A stretch of 64,000 nucleotides of DNA from the NCBI GenBank assembly GCA_951406725.2, contig OX597826.1:124001-188000 (forward strand), written 5' to 3'. The position numbers and the translations under genes were made by a program. A model generated the notes under the pieces. It saw only the letters and a list, made by a program, of their open reading frames with translations, had not been told where the DNA came from and ran no database searches. Every line of letters starts with the position of its first letter. Positions within the stretch are counted from its first letter, which is position 1. This DNA comes from Octopus vulgaris (Eukaryota). Shown in pieces: positions 53,952 through 64,000 of the stretch.

Positions 53952-53985
<34 letters not shown>

Positions 53986-53991
53986 TAGATG

Positions 53992-54026
<35 letters not shown>

Positions 54027-54547
54027 GCAAACATATATTCCGAGCCCCACCACCCAAATCTACCAGATACGTTACTGTAAATCTGGCGTGTTACAATTAT
54101 AGCATATAATGCAATATAAATATGTTGTTTGTAACAAACTCTACAATCCATTTCCAAAAGCTGTTAAAATAATTTCAAAAAGAAAAGCTTATTTTAAAAA
54201 GTTGAATATTGAGTTTTATGAAGAAAATAAAATGCCAATACAGGGAGGGGTAAAGCCAAATAAAAAAAAGACTAAAATAGTATGTTATACTGTGGATCCT
54301 CGTCCATTTGTATGTTATTTTCAGCACTGTAATATTCTTGTCATCACTATTATGTTGTGGCGGTATTCTGCATCTTATTATCTTTGACTCGTCTATCGTG
54401 TTATCGCTGACAGTTCTGCAAGACAATGACTTTGAAACGTCTACTTTGACAGTAACTCGAACTCGTATATATCACGTAACTGACACTGACTTCAACTGAG
54501 AACTCATAATATGAATCTACAACTACTGACCTTCTACAACAACTGGA

Positions 54548-54690
54548 AACGCGGTTTCGATTACCAGACCGGGCATTGTGAATGTTTATTGAGCATAAAC
54601 ACCTAAGCTCCACGAGGCTCCGGCGGTGGGGTGGAGGTGAACCCCGCAGTACACTTTCACCACAACTTTCTCTCACTCTTTCTTCATACT
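54548..54690 (+). mobile_element. tRNA-derived SINE fragment (another family)
   Basis: B-box-like ggtttcgattacc followed by a body recalled as a common octopus repeat (not verified). Confidence 0.4.
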
Positions 54691-55432
54691 TCTGCCACAA
54701 CGCAGAGGAACCATGGTGTAACCCACTATGGTGTGGTAAACTTTCAGACCCTAGTCTAGATTGCGAATCCTCTGTACCGCAGGATGGTTCAGCTCTCCAG
54801 CCATTAAAAGCCACCGTTTACGGAATGAGGATAACAACGTAGCTTTCGCGCCCGTCCAATCGCCAGTCTATGTAGTGGGTGCATCTCCAAGTTGCCACAC
54901 GCATTCTTAGTAGCTTAGAGTAGGCTCGAATTAGAGATTACTCTTTGTGGCTAATGGCGTGAGTCCTGATTGGAAGAAGAAGACAACTTGATGTCTGACT
55001 CCATAGTGGCTTGTCACGTGTGAAGGACTGTACCATTTTCACTACAACATTGTACGTATAGTAAATAGACGACAAGTTAGTTTTACATGAACTGAATAAT
55101 AGAATGTTGCTGTTTTTTAACATTAGAAATGTCAGCAGCTGCACTTTATGGCTTTTTTTGAAATGGTAAAAGCATCACGAGTTTCGGTTAATGTTTAAAT
55201 CAAAAGCTGAGCAAAATTAGCGCTAATTACAGCAGGCACATGAGATGTTGATGTGTGCGTGTGTTGCGAGCACGTATGTGTAAACATATGTGTATTATTT
55301 TCATTAGTGCCATGCACTAAACTCCCAGCCTTATGAATCACTTTGTAACTTCTGCTAATAAAATATTAAAAAATGCATACACTCATGCTTCTTCGAGTTT
55401 TATCCATCTCTCTCTCCCTCTCTCTATTTCTC

Positions 55433-55599
<167 letters not shown>

Positions 55600-56604
55600 G
55601 TGCACATACATGCCAATACAAACGGATGCTGTTTTGCACATTTACATACAAACGGATATTGTTTTGCACATGTACGGATATAGATCCGGTGGAAATAAAT
55701 GTGCTATGTCAATATAGTTGTGTGTATGTGTGTGTGTTGTGTGTGTGTAAATATGCGTATTTATATTCCTTGCAACTTTTTTGTTAACCTTAAAGTTCCG
55801 GTACTTTCCTCCTCCACATCCATCAGCTACCGTCCATTTTTCAGTTCTACTTCATTCATTTTACTAAAGTCCTTCATTTCACTTTTCTTCATACCTTTCA
55901 ATTGCCTTAGCAACTGGACAATGCCAGATATCATGACTAGGTTGATGAGACAAGTTTCAAAGAATGACACATAGCCTCATAAACTATTAAAGTCGGCTGG
56001 ACGTAGCAAAATTCGTAGCCTGTTTCCAGAAGATTGATTTATAACCCCAAACACATAAAGAAAACTACGAGGAGATAATCACGGTAGATAAAACCAATCC
56101 AAGATAATTGTGACTGTGAAGAAACCAGAGATAAACACATCTGCGAGCGAGGACTTTTTCAGTCATCTGTTGCCTCATTCAAGCGAAGCGTACAAGCTAA
56201 GGAGCAAAACGCTTGAGATAACAGTGGATGATTGGTGCAGAAAAGTTTTCAACGTTGTGATGGAATTAGTTACCATCAAGAGGGAAGCTTACAATGCCAT
56301 TAAGTAAATCCTACAGTTTCAGTTTGGGGTAAAGCATCTCTGCTCTTTATTACACCAACCATTATAAGTCTATGTCATTCTGTGTCTCTTGACATATATT
56401 CGAAAGTATATAATATAACATATATACGATCGTAACTGTGTGGTAAGAAGTTTGCCTCTCAACCACATGGGTTCTGGGTTCAGTTCCACAACTTGGTAAC
56501 TTGGATATGTGTCTTTTGCTATAGTCTCGGATCGACCAAAGCCTTGTGAATGAATCTGGTAGACGGAAACCGAAAGAAGCCCGTCGTATATATATATAAA
56601 TAAA

Positions 56605-56730
56605 TTATCACTGTTTGAGTTGCCTAATAGTGGTTTTATCTCTAAATTAATTTATATTTATACAGTGAAATTAGATTTAATCCTCAATCTAATTTTTGCC
56701 TGTAAGTTTGGATATACTCCCTAATATCAT
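56605..56730 (+). mobile_element. Solo 3'-terminal fragment of the Naiad-like PLE family
   Basis: Matches 10640-10760 (gcctaatagtggttttatctctaa..cctgtaagtttggat..ctaatatcat) followed by (AT)n. Confidence 0.8.
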
Positions 56731-57097
56731 ATATATATACGTCTATATACGCACATACCCGCACACGTCTATATACGCACACACACACACGTTGTTTTTT
56801 ACACATTTCCTGTATTTTTCCTTTAGCCTTGTTTTTTTTGTGTATGTGCGCATAAAGAAGTGTGTATGCACATTTTTGTGCGCGCGCGTGTGTGTGCGTA
56901 TATAGACGTGGTTTACTCTTTATATACTCCCTTACATCTTTTTTCTGTATTGTTACTCTTAGCCCTGATTTTTCTTGTGCTTGTGCGTATATAGATTTGG
57001 CGAATGGTGCGGGTGAGGATGTGTACGTTTCAAGTGAGGGTGGATGAGTGTATACTTTTAGGCACCCGTGGGTGTGCGACCGCGCATGTCTAGGTAT

Positions 57098-57134
<37 letters not shown>

Positions 57135-57138
<4 letters not shown>

Positions 57139-58670
57139 TGAGATAAATAACCCCTATTAAGTAATTCAATAGTGAAAGACATTATATAATATTTGAAAAA
57201 GGTTTTTAATATTTTCAATATAGATAATAAAAAATATAACATTTTTTAGTAATAATTTTGGAGTTGGTTATTCTACTACTAATAATGTTGGTAACATTAT
57301 TTCTTCTTTTAATAGATTTAAGCTGAATATGTTTTACATTAACAAATTAAATAACTATTCCAATAATAATAAAGACTAGAATATAATTAATTGTACATGT
57401 GGAGATAAGACAAAATGTAAATTTTAAAATAAATATAATTTGGATGATATAGTATATAAATGTGTAGTGACTTTGATTGATGATAATATTAATAGGAATA
57501 GTTATAATTTAAATGCATTTAACGTGGGGTCGACTTATAATAAAATTAAATGGCTCAACACATGCATTCATTTAAGAATAAAACATTGATAAATTCTACT
57601 GGCCTTTGAAAATATATAAGGGAACTGAAATCTAAAGGAATTAAGTATAATTTAAATTGGGAGATAATTTGTAAAGCTAAATCGTATCGAATAGGTAATA
57701 ATTTTTGTTTACTATGTACAAATGAATTTATGGAGATATTATTATCTAATAATAAAAAATAGATTAATATCAAGATGAGCGAAAAATTAAATGTAGACAT
57801 ATGTTAAAGTACTTATATAATAAGTTTAGCTAATTTGTGTGTATATATATATAAACCCTGATTTATGTTACTAATTTTTGTAGTTATAATTTGTAGTAGT
57901 ATAAAGAGTATAAATTAGCAGTAGATTATGTAGTGTATATTACATAATTAGAATAAGATTAAACCAAGGTGTTTATAAAATAAATAAATAAATTGATGAA
58001 TATACATTAGGTTATCCAAATTTAGTTTATTTTATGTATTTTATGTATTCTAGTTTTAAATTATTGAGAATTTAGAATTTTCCCAGTAAATGGTATATTA
58101 CATCTAGCTTATTTCTTATTTTCACAGCTAAAATACATATACCTAACTATTTAGTCGATGGTTATTATTTACGTCATGTTTTCACATGATAAATTTCTTA
58201 GCAACGCTAGGTTCTAAGTTTAACGTTTACAATTTCAGTTAACTGGTGTTCTTCAATAAGATAAGTTATGATTTTATTTTTCATTAATATTGTTACATTT
58301 TATTCAATTATTTATTGTTACAATATGTATATTTTTATATTTATTTGTTAATTATTATATATTTAGATACATACATTTATTTTATTATTTTAGACCTGAA
58401 GAGTGGCTATATTTTTAAATCGAATGAATTTTAATAGTATCGATTTTATTATTATAGATTTAAAGATATAGTCAGGAAACGCGCGTAGTCGATTTAATGC
58501 TATTTAATTTAGTGATTTTTTGAATAATATTTATCTTAGTATATTAAATTTTTTTTCTGTATAATATAGATAATGTCTTTCACTATTGAATTACTTAATT
58601 ATATACATATATTATTTAGAATTGCTAAATTGAATTTTTCCCTGTAAGTTTGGAATTATATTTCCTACGG

Positions 58671-58672
<2 letters not shown>
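57135..58672 (+). mobile_element. Naiad-like PLE 3' part: degenerate GIY-YIG (~57260-57800), 3' UTR with hammerhead, short inverted 5' segment
   Basis: GYSTTNNVGNIISSFN, NCTCGDKTKC, IVYKCVV, VGST, HMHSFKN..STGL, LNWEII..A..Y..CLLC..E, CRH; inverted repeat ~57157-57185 vs ~58570-58599; (TA)n flanks. Confidence 0.8.
58393..58490 (+). ncRNA. Type-I hammerhead motif with an 18-bp stem II
   Basis: GAC-CTGAAGA-g-TGGCTATATTTTTAAATC..GATTTAAAGATATAGTCA-g-GAAAC-GCGC-GTA^GTC; palindrome ACGCGCGT. Confidence 0.8.
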
Positions 58673-58705
<33 letters not shown>

Positions 58706-58708
<3 letters not shown>

Positions 58709-59215
58709 TATGATAAAAGGCAGATTTTCTCTGCCTCTGACATAGTTTGTTTTTAATACAATTGTACAATATAGAATTTCTTCAATTGGAATTTACCTAT
58801 GATTTTTCGAAGTAGATTCCATTGGCTCATGGCATATCAATTTTTTTCAATTTGACCCCCAATTAAGCAAAAATTCGAGAAAACTAAATATTTTACGATT
58901 TGCCTCTCTCATATCAACTGCTTCACTCCTTCTATTACCACACTTTCTCCTACTTTCTCTTTGCAAGTATACCTTAAACTACTACTAAAAAAAAATACAC
59001 AGGAAGCAGAAACAAATAAATACATAACGATTTACTCCTCACACAATTTCTTCAATTGGAATTTACCTATGATTTTTCGAGGTACATTCCATTGGGTCAT
59101 GGCATTGAAATTTAATTCGAGAAAACCCAAATTTTTTATGATTGGGTTTTAATTTACTTTCTGTCGCTAAGTTTTCGTAGTATTAATTTGCGAGCGTACT
59201 TCAGTTGTCAATTGT
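58706..59215 (+). mobile_element. Probable Helitron-like 5' fragment with an internal ~60-bp direct repeat
   Basis: Starts TCTTATGATAAAAG after (TA)n; 58775-58835 is repeated at 59046-59105; no CTAG end. Confidence 0.4.
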
Positions 59216-59426
59216 TGAAAGAAAGAAATTGTAAGCTAAGAAGGTGTGTGTGTGTGTGTGTGTGTTTTGCGTGCGTGTGTGTGTGTGTGTGTAGAAAGTG
59301 AAGGATAAAAATATGGCAAGAAGTGGACAGATGTACATATATACATACATACATCCATACATACATACATGTGTGTGCATGTGTGTGTGTGTGTGTGTGT
59401 ATGTGTATTAATGTGTGTGTGTTATA

Positions 59427-59991
<565 letters not shown>

Positions 59992-60762
59992 CACACATAT
60001 ATATATATACATACATATATATACATATATATATACATATATATACATCTATATATATATATATACAAATTGAGATAGGGGTTGTAAATACAACCCTCCA
60101 TGGGATAACATATATCCAATATACTGCTAGTGAAGTACCCAACAAAGTTAGTCTATAAGCCATGCGATGACAGACATGCACTCTGCAATTTAGTGAATGT
60201 GTAGGGATTGTCGGGGTGTATTCATGTGTGTGTGCATGTGTATGTGAGTTTTTGTGTGGACGTGTGGGTTTAGTGTTGGATGTGGATGTGGATGTTTTTC
60301 TTGTGCGGTGTGGTGGAGGTCGGGCAGCTCTCAGCGGACCAACCGTGAAGAAGACAATGATAATTTAAATTCATATCCAATAGTGTATTTATGTCATAAG
60401 GAAAATTACTAACTGGAACCCGGACATACATATGTGCCACTTTGGATCCTAATGTAAGCGTTATTAATAATTTTATGAATGATAATAATGGTAGCATTAA
60501 TGGTATTGACAACGATAATGATGCTAACTTTAATGACACTTTGGAAATTAGTAGGAAGTAATATAATGTACTATTGACTATGTATGTTTGCATCTAGATA
60601 CTAATATGTGTATGTTTATTATCACAATATTAAGTTGAACACTGAAACATTGAATGTGGAACATATATATGTTTACTAATTTATATTATTTATTTACATC
60701 ATTATGTATATGTATATTTTTATATGTATAGGAGTGTGAGTATATGCACTCATATGTATATG

Positions 60763-60895
60763 TATATCTCCGAAGAGGCCTTATGATATTTTTGTAAATG
60801 TCTCATTTATATCTATATATTGACCTACCATATAAGGCTAATATTGGTAAAATGACACATACTTATCTACATGGCCGAAACAGCTGTAAGATGTA
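60763..60895 (+). ncRNA. Type-I hammerhead motif with a ~90-nt stem-II insertion (CCGA core), in a PLE-like remnant spanning ~60066-61140
   Basis: TATATCT-CCGAAGA-GGCC..GGCC-GAAAC-AGCT-GTA^AGATGTA; 7-bp stem I; palindrome ACAGCTGT; AATAAA at ~61067. Confidence 0.75.
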
Positions 60896-61138
60896 ATCTA
60901 TACTTATATTTATATTTACTTATATTTATATTCTCTTTTTTATATATATTCTACTTATTATACAACATTACTCTTTTATGTACACTTTTTTATGTACATT
61001 CCTTTTTGTACACTGATTTGTTCTGCTTTTTTATGTTTAACCCTACAGTCTTTTATGTGGTGGTTTAATAAAGTATGTGATTGAGTATTATCTGGTAATT
61101 GATATTTAATTTAGATGTATTTCTCCATTTTCTTATCT

Positions 61139-61194
<56 letters not shown>

Positions 61195-61247
61195 TAATTG
61201 AATAAAATAAAATGAAATAGTAGAATGTTAAATGTTCATTCTGATTT

Positions 61248-61288
61248 AACTAGTACTTTCATGCATTGAATTCTGCAATCTTCGGGTT
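61248..61288 (-). ncRNA. Hammerhead motif (left-arm copy)
   Basis: Exact reverse complement of 62367-62407. Confidence 0.7.
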
Positions 61289-61579
61289 CATGTAGTAGTG
61301 GTGACAGTCATGCTTCACAATTTTTGACTGTAGCAAGATGATTGATTCTGTGCTATAAATACAGCTGGGTAGGCTCCAGGGTGCTAGGTTTTGCAAACTG
61401 TATTCTGAACAATCAGTGTGTAGTATCACTCAATTACTTAAGCTGGCATATACACAATAGGAATATAGATATATATATATATATGGGTGTGTGTGATTGT
61501 GTATAGAAGAATATATTAATAAAAGGAAACCGGTCAATATATAAACACAAAAACCGGGAAAATATTCACAAACGCGAAT

Positions 61580-61870
61580 ATGAACTGCAAAAGCAGAAAT
61601 TTAATTTACTGCATCAAATGCCCAAATTGTGAAGAAATATATGTAGGTCAGACGGGAAACGCACTATTAGAACGCTTACGTGTACACCGGCAACAGATTA
61701 GAGACCCAGAGGTCCGTCAGATACCTTTGAGTAAACACCTAGCAACATGTGGCCGGAAAATGTATATAATATTTCCGTTCTACAAATTACACAGCCCAAG
61801 TGAAATCGAGAGGAGAATCAGAGAAAAGAATTTTATTGATAAATTCGAACCCAAGCTAAATAAGCAATAA
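61580..61870 (+). CDS. GIY-YIG endonuclease domain of a PLE (uninterrupted, no RT)
   Basis: NCKSRNLIYCIKCPNC..YVGQT..LERLRVHR..IPLSKHL..REKNFIDKFEPKLN; homologous to 52980-53330. Confidence 0.85.
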   Translation: MNCKSRNLIYCIKCPNCEEIYVGQTGNALLERLRVHRQQIRDPEVRQIPLSKHLATCGRKMYIIFPFYKLHSPSEIERRIREKNFIDKFEPKLNKQ

Positions 61871-62184
61871 TAATAATACTTAGAGGTACTACTTCCACTG
61901 CTACGACCATGACCACTAACAACAACAACAATACTAAAGGTGATCAAGATGAAGATAGCAGGAAAATTATCTTATTTAGGGTTAAAAGTTCTATTGCCAC
62001 CACCATCACCACTAGCAACAATAATTAAGGTGCTGACAATGATGATGATGACAATTGAAATATAAAAATATAAAAATCTCTGACAAAGGATATTTACAAC
62101 ATTTCTAAAAATAACCCAAAAATTGCTGCTTCGGCCAGGGTCAAGATACATGACTCTTGACATGTCCAACAAAGCGTGATGCCT

Positions 62185-62330
62185 AAACCAATCAGCTCAA
62201 CCAACCAATCAGCTTAAGTAATTGAGTGATACTACACACTGATTGGTCAGAATACAGTTTGCAAAACCTAGCACTCTGGAGCCTACCCAGCTGTATTTAT
62301 AGCACAGAATCAATCATCTTGCTACAGTCA
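62185..62330 (+). promoter_or_regulatory. Putative Pol II promoter inside the PLE pseudo-LTR
   Basis: CCAATCAG at ~62188 and ~62205, CTGATTGG at ~62239, TATTTATA at ~62294, CAGTC about 30 nt downstream. Confidence 0.5.
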
Positions 62331-62366
62331 AAAATTGTGAAACATGACTGTCACCACTACTACATG

Positions 62367-62407
62367 AACCCGAAGATTGCAGAATTCAATGCATGAAAGT
62401 ACTAGTT
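62367..62407 (+). ncRNA. Minimal type-I hammerhead motif (CCGA core, right-arm copy)
   Basis: AAC-CCGAAGA-t-TGCA(gaattcaa)TGCA-t-GAAA-GTAC-TA^GTT; palindrome AGTACT. Confidence 0.72.
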
Positions 62408-62548
62408 AAATCAGAATGAACATTTAACATTCTACTATTTCATTTTATTTTATTCAATTATAATATATTATCTTATAATATATCATTATAAGATTGTAAA
62501 TAAAACGTGAAAATCAGACAAGGTTGGAATTCCTTTTATTAATATACA

Positions 62549-62582
<34 letters not shown>

Positions 62583-62611
62583 CATACATATATATACATA
62601 TATATATATAC

Positions 62612-62691
<80 letters not shown>

Positions 62692-62824
62692 CGTGTATGT
62701 GTGTGTAGATACATAGATAGATATATAAACAAACAGGCAGACAGATAGGAAGGTAGGTAGATAGATAAGTAGGCATACAGACGGAGAGATAAATAAATAA
62801 ATAAATAAATAGATAGATAGATAT

Positions 62825-62887
<63 letters not shown>

Positions 62888-63741
62888 CATGCATACATAG
62901 AAAGAAAAATTAATCGATCACTAATTCAATTCGTCCGATACGAAAATTATAAAATAGTCAAATGTTACATAACCCCAGATTGAATATCAACTAACGTAGA
63001 ACACACACAAACACACAGCCACAAACACACAGCCACAAACACACACATAAACACACAGCCACAAACACACACATAAACACTCACACAGAGAAACATACAC
63101 AGAGACACACACAGACACGCACACACACACAAACGCACACACACAAACACACACAGACACACAGACACAAACTCACAGACACAGACACATACACACGCAC
63201 ACACACACATAGACACAGACACATACAGACACGCACTCACACGCACACATATATGTATATATATATTCGCACATATCTATGCATGTAAACCTACAAATAC
63301 ACGAGAAGGACAAACAACACACGTGGCAAAATGAAAGCAAGTGCAATTATTTGTCGTCCAATGAAATAATGAAAGAGTGTCTGCAGCGATTAGAGCTTAA
63401 AATTAGGTTGTTAGAGGAAACAAGGAGCAACGAAGGCATATGCGTTGGTGTGTATCACGTCATATTAATTATGTGTGTGTGTGTGTGTACGAACGAGTAT
63501 ATAGTGTATATGTACTTATGTATACATGTATGAATGTACATGTCCAAAAGAGAGACTGCTAGATGCAAGCAGTATTACGCAACATTTCTTACTGCAGGCG
63601 ACCATTAAAGCGTACACACACACACAAAAGCTTGCAGACTCATACACACAAAAACACGTGCGCACACACACACTTGCCTACATATATACCTTTTGTGTAT
63701 GTATGTGCGCGTATATCTATATATTTATATATATATATTTA

Positions 63742-63820
<79 letters not shown>

Positions 63821-63835
63821 ATATATCTATATATA

Positions 63836-63889
<54 letters not shown>

Positions 63890-64000
63890 AAAGTTATATC
63901 TTGAGTGACAACAACACTCAAGATATACAACGGACTGGAAATAGAAGTGCTCCAATGAGCTCTATACACTTTTTTTTTATCCAAAGGGAGGCGATAGGAG

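Larger units (their letters stand above)
61194..62520 (+). mobile_element. Penelope-like element with inverted pseudo-LTRs (61194-61445 and 62211-62462) around a GIY-YIG domain
   Basis: ~250-bp near-identical inverted arms, one hammerhead each, (TA)n flanks. Confidence 0.92.

Noticed and set aside
55790-56340. Possible host exon
   Set aside because: Stops in the plausible frames; faint similarity to an RTE linker (KREAY), too weak to call.
57360-57800. Selenocysteine recoding as reported for some Naiad elements
   Set aside because: Conserved Cys codons are TGT; the single in-frame TGA is at a non-Cys position, and TAA/TAG stops are also present.

Overview
This window is repeat-saturated, AT-rich animal genomic DNA with no confidently recognisable host gene. 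The SINE families and microsatellite load resemble an octopus/coleoid cephalopod genome; that is an inference from memory, not a search result. Nearly all ORF-track entries are microsatellite artefacts. The real coding remnants are all transposon pseudogenes: R4/Dong-like (REL endonuclease) LINE 3' ends, two Tx1/L1-clade LINEs next to (TATC)n and (TC)n microsatellites, an RTE fragment, Tigger/pogo, mariner, Tc1, maT, piggyBac, Helitron (PIF1) and several Penelope-like elements (PLEs, GIY-YIG). The most striking signals are three. (1) There are nine copies of minimal type-I hammerhead-ribozyme motifs in six PLE-type repeats. They share unusual features: palindromic stem III, CCGA core variants, mismatched stem-II base pairs and very long stem II. 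Several sit in large fold-back inverted repeats bounded by (TA)n. (2) An abundant tRNA/Nin-type SINE has a 3' tail matching the 3' end of the Tx1-type LINE in the same window. (3) That LINE appears to target (TATC)n. A 100-N assembly gap lies at 18402-18501.
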